Of a DNA stretch of 64,000 bases, positions 26,401 to 39,724 are shown piece after piece; positions within the stretch are counted from its first letter, which is position 1, and each line of letters opens with the position of its first letter. A program made the position numbers and the translations under genes. Below the pieces are notes generated by a model. That model did no database searches, was not told the DNA's origin, and saw nothing but the letters and a program-made list of their open reading frames with translations. The stretch is from Octopus bimaculoides. Lineage: Eukaryota. The stretch lies in assembly GCF_001194135.2 (NCBI RefSeq), contig NC_068988.1, positions 89,559,329-89,623,328 of the forward strand, read 5' to 3'.

Positions 26401-26562
26401 TTCTTTTATTACTTGTTTCAGTCGTTCAACTGCGGCCAAGCTGCAGCATCACCTTCACAGTTTTTAGTCGTAGTGATCGACCCAGAACATATTTTTTAAG
26501 CCTAGTACATATTCTATCGTTTTTGTTGCTGAACTGCCAAGTTACGGGGACATAAACAGTTG
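26401..26562 (-). mobile_element. SINE family B 3' half
   Basis: TACTTGTTTCAGTC...TGCGGCCA...GATCGACCC...CCTAGTAC...GTTACGGGGAC matches 53393-53560 and 42868-43070. Confidence 0.75.
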
Positions 26563-27213
26563 GAATTACCATGTTCAAGGATAGGATCACGTGCGCATGC
26601 AAGAAATAACAGTAAACTATGAATGTTATTCTTAATTTTAATTTCAATTTTATTTTATTACTAGCCCTTTTCTCTTGACACATATTTTATATTCATTTTT
26701 GATAAGGATTTTCAAAAAACCGAAACATGTATATATGTATACATATATATGAATGTAAATTCCATACCAGTGTGCACGAGTGCATGGGTGACCGCATGTG
26801 GTGTGTTCGGAGGTGTGATGCATTTGCTTAATATCTCAGCGCTAAAATATGAAGACACCAGTGATAGCAGTTCCTCCCTAATTACGCTTACAGTTAAGTG
26901 CATGGAAAAATTACAGATGATTTCAACATAAGCGATAAAATAATCATTCATACATATGATTTGAATAGTATTTGTTTGTTAATGGCAGAAGTTTTAGAAA
27001 CGGTTCCATTTAGTTTTGGTCCATTCAGTTAGGCTCTAATTAATTATATTTGTTGAATGATAATTTATGCCAAGGAAGGAAACGACATGCAACGAAGAAT
27101 ATTCTTTAAGGCGAACTACAGACGTTGATAAAACTCCTAAGTGTTTCTTATGGAGATACATTTAGAATGATATTATGGAATGGAAAAATAAATCGAGGAT
27201 ATTTTATTATCTT

Positions 27214-27763
27214 TGTGGTGGGGAGCTGGCAAAAGGCGTTGGCTAGCAAGTTAAAATACTTAGCTGCCTTCCTTGTGGCTTTACGTTCTGAGTTCAAATC
27301 CCGCCGAGGTGAACTTTTTCTCTTTTCGGGTCGACTGAGGGAAGTACTCAACAAGTACTGGTGTTTATGAAATCATCTAACAGCCTCCCCCCAAATTGCT
27401 GCCATTTTCTCAGAGTTGGAAACCCATTCAAAGTAGCGAGCTGACAGAATCTACTGAGCAATATAAAATACCTAGCAGTATATCTTTTGGCTCTTGAAGT
27501 AGTATCTTTAAGTACTACAGAGATCGGTTTTGCCCATCATATATTGTGGTCGATTAAATAACTACCAGTCGAACACACGGGTCGATGAAATGCGTTGCTG
27601 CATTTTGTCTGTCTCAACGTTATGAGTTCATATTCATCCGAGGTCGACTTTTCCTTTTGTCCTTGTGTCGATAAAATGAATACCAGTCAAGTACTGACGT
27701 CGATGTCAACGGCTTATCCCCTCCCCCGGAATCACTGACCTTGTGCCAAAATTTGAAACCAAT
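27214..27763 (+). mobile_element. Three head-to-tail decayed SINE family A copies
   Basis: Repeated GAGCTG(G/A)CA heads, GAGTTCA...CCGAGGT cores and CTTGTGCCAAAATTTGAAACC tail. Confidence 0.75.
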
Positions 27764-28434
27764 ATTATTATTATTATCATTATCACCATCATCATAACCA
27801 TTACTATCATTATCATCGGCATTGTTATTAGAGCTCGTTAGACCAATTTAAACTATTATGCAACATAAGGTCAATAATATTCCAACAATGATCCTCTAAT
27901 ATTATTCAAATATTGAGTCATCTAAGCAATATTATTTACTGTAGACCTTCCTTTAATAATGTAGGATGTAATTTTATCGAAATTTAGCTTCGACTGGGGA
28001 TTCTCTAATTGTTGTTTTTGAAAATATTATCCTTGTTCTTGGTCTTAATTTTGAAATTTGTTATTGTTTAATTTCATATTGTCACGATGAAGCGCGTTCC
28101 ACTTGTGACAAGCCTATCAAATTTCTCTCATTACATTCGTTTGTAATGTTCATTTGATTACACTTTGGTTGTTATTTTTACAGGATGGAAAGTCCACACA
28201 AAGGTCCTTCATTGGTTTCCAATATAATTACTCTACTGTTAGCACGTACAGAAAAACAAGATAACTGCATATTTATTAGAAGATTCTCGATGAAAGGTTA
28301 ATAAATTGTGACTCACCTGTTGATCAGTTTAATTGTTGGAGTTTGTTTAATTAGCATTTACAACGTGTAGGAGTGTGTAGGAGAGTGATTATGTGTGTAT
28401 GCATACATGTCAGAAATTTAAAATTGTGTCCTTT

Positions 28435-28477
<43 letters not shown>

Positions 28478-28700
28478 NNNNNNNNNNACTGTTAGCACGT
28501 ACAGAAAAACAAGATAACTGCATATTTATTAGAAGATGCTCGGTGAAAGGTTAATAGATTGTGACTCACCTGTTGATCAGTTTAATTGTTGGAGTTTGTT
28601 TAATTAGCATTTACAACGTGTAGGAGTGTGTAGGAGAGTGATTATGTGTGTATGCANNNNNNNNNNNNNNNNNNNNNNNNNNNNNNNNNNNGTGTCCTTT

Positions 28701-28745
<45 letters not shown>

Positions 28746-29511
28746 GTGTCCGCGCGTGTGTGAGTATGTGAGTGTGTACGTATACGTTTTAGAAGATGAC
28801 GGTCAATGTAATGTGATACGTGTGTTTCAGTTTTTGTCTCTGTACGCCTATAGGTGTGTTTCATTGTATGTGTGAATGTTTTTTCGTGTGAACTCTGCAT
28901 ATGTCGTTGACTAAGAGTGTATGTGTATGCGTGTGTCTTTGTGTGTGCATGAGATGTGCAGCACGGTATTCCCGCCCGCTTTCGTGAATCATATTCAGTT
29001 CATGATCGTTTTAAAACATTGTGTTAAGTAATTTAGTGTGGACATATTTATAAAGAGACGTGGTACATATAATGGAGAAGATGTAGAATGGTGGATATTA
29101 AAGAAGAATGAGGAAAATGTGTGTTAGATGTACATTGTGTATTTGCACAAGTCGAAGTGGTGAATCTTCATGTGACACAAGTTACACACGATGTTTAAAT
29201 AACGGAAGTTAAACAGTGAAACACAATGGCACGTAAATAGTAAATTCACAACGATTGAAAAATAATGAGAAAGCTGTTTTGATTGAATTCGTGACGAAAT
29301 ATGGATTTGTAATTTCCTTCTTTTGAAATATTCAATAGAAAATTTACTAACATTCACTCTGTAATTCTATTCAACCTCTCTTGCCATCTCTCTCACTCTC
29401 TCTTTTTGTGTGTATACGTGAGTGTGTGAGTGTGGATGTGCGCACATACGTATGACTATATACACACGTGTGTGCATATGCATTTGTACGCGTATGCAGG
29501 TATGTATATAA

Positions 29512-29546
<35 letters not shown>

Positions 29547-29744
29547 GTATGTATATATATAGATATATTTATTTCTTTATGGGTTTCAGCCAAGTAGCTG
29601 TGGTCATGCTGGAGCACCACCGTGATTTTCCGTCTTTATGCTGTGCTCTCTTCACGTTCCTTGCATGGCTCTTCTTCCCCACCTGATATGGTCCAATCAA
29701 GAGTTTTGATGGCACATCTGGTGTATAAGAGAATTTGACATCGC

Positions 29745-30095
29745 TGCCCTAAACTGCTGATTGCGTGTGTTTGGTGGTCTGGCGCAGCTGTGATCCATTA
29801 TGATTTCATTAAATCTGGCTCATCTATCACGGCCGAAGTATGCTATAGCCAACTGGACCAAATGATGCAGAAACTTGAAAAAAACATAGCCTAGACAAGT
29901 CAACAAATCCACTTTTATTTTATTGCAATTCTACGCCAGACCACAATTCCAACTTGAGTTGGATGTTCTCCATCATACACCATTCTCACATGATTTTGAC
30001 CCCACTGACTACCACTTATTCAAAAATTTGGATAACTTCTTGATAGGAAAAGATTTTTAATCCCTCGATACTGTAAAACAGGCCTTGTGTAAGTT
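29745..30095 (+). mobile_element. mariner transposase fragment (DD34D type)
   Basis: KLLIACVWWSGAAVIHYDFIKSGSSITAEVCYSQLDQMMQKL, then in another frame LHHTPFSHDFDPTDYHLFKNLDNFLIGK. Confidence 0.8.
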
Positions 30096-30479
30096 TATAT
30101 GTTCTATTGCTATCATGATATTTTTTATTTTATATTACTATTGTGGTATTTTTTATTTTATATTACTATTGTATTTTTTATTCTCTATTGATTCTCTATA
30201 TATTCTCTATATGAGACTCTGACCAGTTTCCTATACCGGGTCCATGAGTTTACTTGCTTATTTGAAACGAAATTTGGTACTTTTTTTAAAGCCTTTATTA
30301 CTGAACACCATTAATAGCACGTGCATTTGAACGTAAACATAAACGGAAACTCGACTGTAAACCAGTACACACTTCCACGTTTACACACATGCACATACAT
30401 AGTAGACTTAAATCAAAAGACATTGGTTCGTATTTGTGAAAAGACGAGTGGACGGATTCAAAACTATTTTGCACATTGA

Positions 30480-30900
30480 AAAATTACTGGTCGTCAACAT
30501 ATCAAATGGATTCTGGTAAAAAATAATTAAGGGAAATAATGTTTAAATATCTTGGTGTGACTTAATGAACTTTTGTCAGCAACATTGTAAGACAGTAAGA
30601 CATAATTACATAATTTGAATGTATCTCACATATTTAAACATTTAAATAAAACAAACACCAGCATATAAGGGACTGAGGAGAAAATATTAAGAAGAGATTA
30701 TATTAACATTTGATCAAAAGTGTTGTGCAATGAGGTATTTGGAAATAAATATCTGGAAGAGCGCTACAAAAAGGGAAACTTTTCCAAAGCCTTTCAAAAT
30801 CGCTGAATGCAAATTGGAACGCGATATTAATCCTTTAATGTTTGTCCATTCAATTGTTTGAAAAGTAAATACATGAACGCTTCCCATGTAGCCAAATGCC
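30480..30900 (+). mobile_element. Highly decayed LINE RT C-terminal fragment (RTE-like)
   Basis: EIMFKYLGVT at about 30533-30562 and TFDQKCCAMRYLEINIWK downstream; many stops. Confidence 0.4.
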
Positions 30901-32791
30901 AGAATATGATTGGATCAAAAATACAATTCTTCCAGCTGATGTAAACAACTTTCTATTGATTGGAAAGGAACAACTGGCTGAAATATAAATTAATATCACT
31001 TATATATAAAATTCAATAAATTTATCTAAATTTACAAAGTAAATTGATGCTATGTATATGGAGTGGGGTGAGAATCTTGTACATTTATTGTAAAGAATCA
31101 TACCAATATAAAACTTCGAAATTACTATTTTGTTTCCTGAGTTTTATACCACATGCATAACAAAATATACAGCTGAAACATACAGGAATTAAGGAATGAA
31201 TGTTTCTGTATCAAGCGATGCCAAAACGGGAATATATTTATACAAATGACAATATTATTATCCTTATGTCTACCATACATTCAAAAATTCTTTTGCTACC
31301 ATCAGCACGTAAATTTCATTGAATGCCCTCCTTTTACATATGTGTAGCATTAATTCTCTAACAATACTTATTCTTTGAGAGAGAAAATATATGCAGTGCC
31401 ATTGAGACTTCACAGATTCTCCGTGGCTGGTTGGAAGGCAGGTTAATGTACTTTGAAAAGTATAGGCAATGCAGGAGCTGTAGTTCATTAAATGCAGCCA
31501 GGATAAGAGGTGGTGGTGGTAGTAAACAGAGTAAGGAGTAATTGTAACAATCACGTATGCCTAAACAGGAAAAATATTTGTCTGATACTAGACCAGCACT
31601 TTATTTATCGACTTCAGAAAGACAAATGGCACCCCTGGTATCGGTATTTAAAATTAGAATACACGTTATGAGAAATACGTACCATAAATCCATTTCATCC
31701 GATGCTCTGAAAACAAAGTAAATTCCCCGGCTAAATATACACCACAAAAAGGTTTTCTTTTTAAAAAGTTTGTCACCAAAATAGGGTGATCGTAAAGTAA
31801 TGCATTAGTCAGTACTAAAATCTGTATACTCTAGTTAAGATTTATATATTCTAGAAAAATGTTTGAAGATAAGATGTATCTGATTATATGATTTCCATGC
31901 TTGTGCTTTAGTTGACGATTATATGCAGAAGTGACGTATCTATAGACGAGTACACGTTAACTGTGTCTGTATTGAGAAGACAAGTCCATACATTTGCATT
32001 ATATGTGAAGAATATATAATTTTCAGCTATGAAGTTTCACCTGTACATGAAATTTAAGATAGGTGACAATATGAGCATATATGTTTACATAAGTTACGTT
32101 CGCTATACTAACAGACTTTTATCGTCTTATTTATTTCTTTAACAATTCAGTTGGATATTCTAGAGACTGTGACATGTCAAGTACGTTGCTTAATTGTATA
32201 ACCGTTGTATAATTGAATTTTTGTAGCACATTTACGAAATCTCTATTATAGTTCATACTGTCATTATTTCTTAAATTGAACAATATTGCGGCAAACTTTG
32301 AATAGAGTTCAATATTTCCACTATATATATACTAAGAGGTAACAACATATATCGATATCACGGCAGCTACTACCTAACAACATTCTCTATCGCTCACTCA
32401 CTATTATTCTGTCGTTACTTGTTGGAGATTCAGAAACTATGCTGTGTAAAATCCACTTAAAAACTGTGATGTGTTCAGCAGTGTCTAGTTAAAGTCGTAG
32501 CAAAAAGAAACATATTCAGTTTGTTGAAATACGAAGTATCCTACTGCTGATATGTATGTTCAGATATGGTGGTTTAAACTAATTTTTCAAGGTTTTAAAT
32601 TGACTCAGGTTTGGCAGGTAGACTCTCATCATAAGTATAAACATCCTTGAATATGGTTTCATATATTTTTAATAACGTTGTAATATGCAGTAGATATTAT
32701 CGATCTGGATGTAAATCAGCCAACACTAACACACACAAACACACACAAACGACGCACACGCACATACATATATGTACATACCAAACGTTTC

Positions 32792-32831
<40 letters not shown>

Positions 32832-33669
32832 GCGTGTGTAGATAGATAAATAGATACTTACATATATGGGCAAAAAAAATACATAGGATAAAATGTATGT
32901 ATGTATGCTTGTATCACATTAGCTTTGATGCCATAGAAACTAGTAGTTATAGAGATCCTCCATATGCTATGTGAATATAAGTGGAATAATCTATTTAGAT
33001 TTATTTAAAGCGAAAGTCGAGTTGATGTGTTCAGCAGTTTTAAATTTCCGGTTTGTGAGTACGAATCAATGTTGAAGACAGCTGTTTATCTTTTTACAAC
33101 TCACTCTCCGTGTCCGCTTCTTCTCTCTATCTCTATATCAATCTCCCTTTTTCTCTCTTTCATTTATCTCTAAGTAATTGTCGCTTCACTGGTAGGAAAT
33201 TCGGTTATATATCTTATATGGTCACTTACAAATATGAACATATTCACACACACTCATGCAATCATACACGAAAATAAAAGCGTTCTCATTTGAATTCAAT
33301 GTTGAAAGGGATGAAAATCCAAAGAGAAACATACCGCTTTCTGAAAGTTGTTCTCTCCCCACCTCTCTCTGTATATACATATATATGTGTATGTGTGTGT
33401 GAGTGTGCGTGCGTGTGTGTGTGTGTGTGTATGTGGGTGTGTGTGTGTGTGTGGGTGTGTGTGTGTGTGCATCTATGTATAGAAAGATAGATAAATAGAT
33501 AGACAGAAAACAGCCTCATCATTTACTCTGCTACTGTTATCCACAATATGAAATATACCTACCTTCATCACTATCTTCGGCTTCTTTTCGTGCATGAGGA
33601 TGGCCTCAGAGATACTTTATACAATCCTTTATACAATATTTTCTACACAATGCTTCATAGCAATTACTA

Positions 33670-33671
<2 letters not shown>

Positions 33672-33734
<63 letters not shown>
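33672..33734. repeat. (TAT)n microsatellite
   Basis: Directly visible. Confidence 0.97.
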
Positions 33735-33735
33735 G

Positions 33736-34241
33736 AGTGAGAGAGCAACGCATGCCATCAAAATGACATTGGCGTACAAGAATGCGAAGACCAAACTCAA
33801 CATCGGTCTTTTAAGAGTGTACACCAGGCAGATTCATCACAACCATATGTGCGCGACATAGTGATCTCATATCAAGATATACAGCGTATGACCTTGGAGG
33901 TGGGGTGCAGTTAGAATTTTCTTCAGATTGAAGAACAAGATCCCTGAACACAGCCTGTTTAAGGATAATGAACGAACCACACAGGTTTCCAGAGGTGAAT
34001 TATTCAAACCTCAGATAATTCATCTCAAGACATAGCTCCCCCCCTATTACTCCTGCTCGTGATCATAGTTGCACATATCGTCAGCCAGTAAGGGACATGC
34101 CCAACTGGTTACGGTGAAGCAACTGACAAGCAAATCTGTAGTATTGAGCAGAATATTTGGTGTAGGTCATCTTTTATACCAAGACAAACATGTACATGAT
34201 AGCACTTCCAGTCAGTTAAGATCAAAAGCCATGGGAGCCAC
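33736..34241. repeat. Unclassified putative interspersed repeat bounded by (TAT)n and (GTA)n
   Basis: A complex, relatively GC-rich 0.5-kb block with sharp microsatellite boundaries on both sides. It resembles a repeat I recall from octopus, but there is no second copy in the window. Confidence 0.4.
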
Positions 34242-34289
<48 letters not shown>

Positions 34290-34290
34290 T

Positions 34291-34327
<37 letters not shown>
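34242..34327. repeat. (GTA)n microsatellite
   Basis: Directly visible. Confidence 0.97.
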
Positions 34328-35632
34328 CATTTTTATTATGTCAGTAATAATTTTGGTCATCATTCAATCTAGTAATTAACATCCCAATATTCTCTCGACC
34401 ACAGAGGTCACTAGTCATCACTATCCTCATTATACATATTCATTCTAAACTTCATTGGCAGATATTCAGCCTTTTCTTTGTCCTCGCTAGGCCCTTCTTC
34501 TTTTCTTTTATGTATGTATTTTTCTTCACTCCGATGAAGCTCCACGTTCCAGATTACTTTTATTACCAAATATGATGAATGTCATTTTTAGCATATCAAT
34601 GCCAATACCATATAACATTGAAAGCAGAAACAGCTGTAAGATGGATGCAGTCTATTTGTATTGAATTGAAAAATAGTAATTGATGTAAGTCAATTGTTGT
34701 TGATCAATATTTCTCCATTTTCTGTTTACTTTCTATGTACGTGTGTGTGTTTGTGTGTGCGTGCACACGCGTGTAAATTATTAATATAGCCTTTCATATC
34801 GTGTATAACGTCTTCTAGTTTTCTCTTCTTAATTTATAAACGTACTTTTTCTTTATTCTTATTTTTCGTACACCAGGTTCTTTTTTTATTCTTTGTAAAC
34901 CATAGTGTAAGAATCGTGCTTCGTTTTCTTCGAGGGCTTGTAGCTAATAAAGAAAAGATTGTTTCTGATATTATTATCACTATCATTATTATTATCATTA
35001 TTATTATTATTATTATTATTATCATCATCATCATCATCATCAACTTTCTTATTATTATTACTATTATCGATATAATTACCAGTAGTTACAATAATAGTTT
35101 AATATTACAATGCTAACTCACCGACCTTTACTCCACTATATTCAATCATATTACACCAGTAACCATGTCAGACATGTCAATGAGATCGAATGTCATTAAA
35201 TACACTAATCAATATTAACCAATCAATTATAATTAATAGCTATGACATTATCGATTATAGTTTCTGACACAATTTACAATGTTTTCTGAAATACCAGATA
35301 CATTGGATATTTAATTAGTATTCTTCATGCGGTTGGTGATGGAAATGCACGTAGTTTGCCGCTAGTTTAAGTTCTTCTACAGTCATACGATGGGCCAGCA
35401 GTTCCAGTAATGTCTAAGGAACAATCTATTTTTACAGTTGGATGATATAATGTGCATAAGGATTTATTTGGCTTAAGTGACACTAAGTGATGCTATTTCT
35501 ACAATAACAATAGGTGTAATCTCGGTAGGAAGTAAAGAGATTTGTTTAATAAGTACGCAATTGCGAAGAAAATATAGGACTGAAGAATTTATTGGAATAT
35601 TACAAATCAGTTTGAAATAAATTGGTACATAC

Positions 35633-35975
35633 ATAGGTCTAAGTGTGGCTGTGGGCTAATAAGTTTGCTTCCCAATCACTTAATTCTGGGTTCATTCCTA
35701 GTGCTTTGCACCTTGGGCAAGTGCCTTCTACCATAGCTTCGGGTTGAGTTTATAGTGAGTGGATTTGGTAGACGGAAACTGAAAGAAGTCCGTTGTATAN
35801 NNNNNNNNNTGTCAACCAGAATTGATGTTTATATGCCCGTATCTTAGCGATTCGGCAAAAAAAGCGATAGAATGAGTACTAGGCTAAAAACATAAGTCCT
35901 TGGGTCGGTTTGTTCGACTAAAATCCTTCAGGACGGTACTCCAGCATGGCCACTTACTGACACGAATAAAATAAT
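35633..35975 (+). mobile_element. SINE family B with internal gap/microsatellite
   Basis: GTGGCTGTGG head, CACCTTGGGCAAGTG, GGATTTGGTAGACGGAAACTGAAAGAAG, 3' CCAGCATGGCC. Confidence 0.8.
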
Positions 35976-36971
35976 AATAGAACATGTGAGCATTTGTATG
36001 TGTATGTGTGCGTGTGTGCGTGTGTGCGTGTGTGCGTGTGTGTGTGTGTGCCAGAGCGCGCGGAGGTGAAAATTTGCATTGCATTACGTCACGTTATTTA
36101 ATTTAAATAACATTGTAAAGCTGCCCTTGTGCTTTACTACTTTAATCTAAAACAAATCTAACATGAAAAAGTTGGAATGACTTGAATGACAGGAATGATT
36201 GCTAAAACTGGGTGCACATCCCTGTGGTTTGCGGAAGTGCTTCGTTTTAGGCATACGTCATACCATTTGACCACTTCAACCTAACTGCAGCGTATTCAAA
36301 TGTAGATGGTCTAACCGTCATTGATTCGATGCAAGTATATATATCCAACATTCGTTTGAATAACACCAACGGGTTACAAGGCACTCTACCAGTTATAATG
36401 GGAAGCCTGAAAATCAGATCATCTCAGGTTGCGGCATCAGCTCGTGCTATAACGCTACGCAGTACAATAGCTTCCGTTATGACAATTTCCAATATGTCAT
36501 TTTCATACTCAGTTATAGACAGTATAAGTACTAATATGCTGGAATGGAAAAATCTGTTTTGATGTCGGAATTATTGGAATCAATGCGATTGCTTAATCAA
36601 CTGTAGAAATTAAAATTATGTAGTTGCCGACACTTAAAATCAACATGCTAGACAAGGGTGCATAAAGGGGTACTAGTTTTCCAATGCTCCAGATTTCTAC
36701 AATACTAGACAGCAGGACCCTCTTATTAGATTGGATCTTCACTTCAGCAGAGATACGTGCACGGTGTTACAGGGTAGTAGTGGAGACGAGCACAGTCCAA
36801 TAAGATTTCATATTATGTTCGGTTATGTCAGTAACCGATCATCACGCTGGGCTGCTGAAATAACTAATATAATTAAAATAATTAAAACGTTCCTAACATC
36901 GTCGATAGGCTATGTGAACATGGACACTAAAGGAGTGTAGTCCGACAAAAGTGATTGTTTTCAATATATTT

Positions 36972-37163
36972 AGTTTCGCGGAGCTGACAATCGCTAGCAC
37001 ACTGAGAAAAATGCTCAGCTGCATTCTTAATTCAAATTTCACAGAAGTCGGTTTACCTTTCATTTTTCTGAGGTCGATAAAATATATACCAGTTGGCACG
37101 GAGGTTGATGTAATCGACAAACCCATCCCGCGAAATTGTTGGCCCTGCGCAAAAATTTAAACC
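36972..37163 (+). mobile_element. Decayed SINE family A
   Basis: GAGCTGACAATCGCTAGCAC...GAGGTCGATAAAAT...GATGTAATCGAC...GGCCCTGCGCAAAAATTT. Confidence 0.7.
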
Positions 37164-38160
37164 ACTATGCGTCGATTTCGTCACGTCGATACTTTCGTTG
37201 ATAGAAATATTTCAGAGGCAGTGAACTACTCGTCAACTTATGTGGCGGGAATCAAAGTTTCCAAGTGATAAACTACGCATCACTGCCCAGCAATAATTTG
37301 AACTCATAGCAATTGAGTCCTTTTCGCCAGTAAATCGGTAAGGGTTATCAACAACACTATCAGAATAAAGCTGGTTAAACTGCTAGCTGAAGCGGTCTCT
37401 ACATCCTAGATGCGGTAATAAGTAAACGTGCCACTTGTAAGTGGCGTGTGCCAGTGTATTCGTACAATTTTCAATGTCTTATCGTTTTGCATAAAAGTAA
37501 ATATTACATTTGAATTATTGTTGTTGACTTCATACTCAAGTTACCATAGCAGCACTTCTCCTAAAGTACAATTTTGAAAAGTGTAACTATAAAATGAAAA
37601 GAATTCAAAACAATATATAAACACGATGCACACAATTACAGCACGTAAAGTATATGCATACGATATAAACATATATAGCCAACGTAACTATACATTCATA
37701 CAGTCACCATTTCAGCGCTTGGGTTTAAGTGTACTGAATCAAAGAGTTTATGACAGTAAGTCAAAAGAAAAATGAAATAAAATTAAATAAAGAAATAAAT
37801 AGATAAACAGGAGAAACATCAAATATTATTTTTGGAATGACGGTTTGATAAATAATCGATTTAATAAAATAATTCATTGTTTTTGTTTTCTTTTGTTTCA
37901 TTGTAATTATTGAAATATTTAATTTAATTGAAACACGAAGAAAGTGATTTATCTCCCTTCCATAGCAACTATGAAATCGACATCAATATTTTCCTCAGGA
38001 GAAATTAAAAATAAAACGCGGAAAGAACGACCATACATACATACGAAAACGGAATGTATGTAAGTATGGATGTTTACAGACACACACCAAACGTTTACTG
38101 AATGTGTCTGTATGTGTGCGTACGTTTATATACATACGTATCTGCATACATGCACGCACG

Positions 38161-38191
<31 letters not shown>

Positions 38192-39104
38192 ACACACATA
38201 CACACACACACCTATATACACATTTAGTTTCACATAAGCCATTTTCTGTTGTCGATCTGTTTTCATACTAAGCTTACTTCTGAGAAAGAACAGTACGCAT
38301 AATTTATTATTCATCAGACGTAGTTGATCAGAAAAAAATTAGGGTCTGTATGTTGAAGTTCCCAAGCTCAGCATTGGCTCGATATTCATGTAAATTATGC
38401 AAAATAACCAGAACAAAACCAGGAATGGAAAACATTTCAAAAATAAATTTCGTGTCGAGCTCTTTCACGATAAAACTCTTAGAAAGGAGTCTTATTGTGC
38501 TGTGAACCAGCTCCATTTGGTAACTGTCTTCTATCTCTTTATTTGCATGAAGATTTGAATGTTGAGGGCGTACGTAAGAGAGAGAAAATGAGGATGTGGG
38601 AGCAAGAGAGAGGGGGAGAGTGGTTGGTGAAATGGAAAGCAGAGTAATGAATAAACATTTTATCTTGCTGAGCTTTTTAAATTTGAACCATAAGTACATT
38701 AGCATTGAAACAAACAAATATAAACACGCTCATTATCGAATTACATACTTTCTCTAAGTCTTTGTCTTTTTGTCTGTCTACCTGTTTGTATGTCAACTTG
38801 TCTTGGTGTGTATAAGAGTGTGTGTGAATGTGTTGAGATGCAATTTACCTATGGTTCTCATATTAGTTTGATTCATCCAAACATTAAGGAGGGTTATAAA
38901 ACAAAATCCTCGATCAAATATTCTGTATGAATTAAAGGGATTCTAGTGCTATCAAAATTTCTTATACGGTAGTGTTTGTAAAAGCCAAGTTTATTTTGCA
39001 CCAAACAGATATCGATGATATTATTATGAACGAACATGTTTGTTTGTCTGCCTCTGTATCATTGGTACCGTAACATTATGAACAAATGGAATTAATGAAA
39101 CGTA

Positions 39105-39481
39105 GAATTTGCTTTGTGGTAAGAAGCTTGTTTCGCAACCATATAGTCCCAGGTTCAGTCCCACTGCGTGGCATCTTGTGCAAGTGTCATCTACTATAGC
39201 CTCGGGCCGACCAAAGTATTATGAGTGCATTTAGTAGACGGAAGCTGAAAGAAGCCTGTTGTATATATCTATATCTATATCTATATATCTATATCTATCT
39301 ATCTATCTATATATATATATATATANNNNNNNNNNNNNNNNNNNNNNNNNNNNNNNNNNNNNNNNNNNNNNNNNNNNNNNNNNNNNNNNNNNNNNNNNNN
39401 NNNNNNNNNNNNNNNNNNNNNNNNNNNNNNNNNNNNNNNNNNNNNNNNNNNNNNNNNNNNNNNNNNNNNNNNNNNNNNNNN

Positions 39482-39524
<43 letters not shown>

Positions 39525-39724
39525 TTGTGTGTCTGTGTTTGTCTTCCACCATCGCTTGACAACCGATGTTGGTGCGTTTATGTCCCTGTAAATTAGCGGT
39601 CCGGTAAAAGAGACCGATAGAATAAGTATTAGGCTTACAAAGAATAAGTCATGGGGACGATTTGTTCCACTAAAGCTGGTGCGCTAGCATGGCCGCAGTC
39701 AACTAACTGAAACCAATAAAAGAA
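39105..39724 (+). mobile_element. SINE family B with expanded internal (TA)n/(TG)n
   Basis: 5' half TGTGGTAAGAAGCTTG...GGTTCAGTCCCACTGCGTGGC...GACGGAAGCTGAAAGAAGCC, then microsatellite plus N gap, then 3' half CATCGCTTGACAACCGATG...GATAGAATAAGTA...GCATGGCCGCAGTC. Confidence 0.88.

Noticed and set aside
28184-28300. Plus-strand exon candidate MESPHKGPSLV...
   Set aside because: Weak donor, unrecognised peptide, and partly inside the duplicated segment.
38328-38717. 129-aa minus ORF
   Set aside because: The N-terminal half comes from CT-rich low complexity, with no suitable acceptor or recognisable domain.
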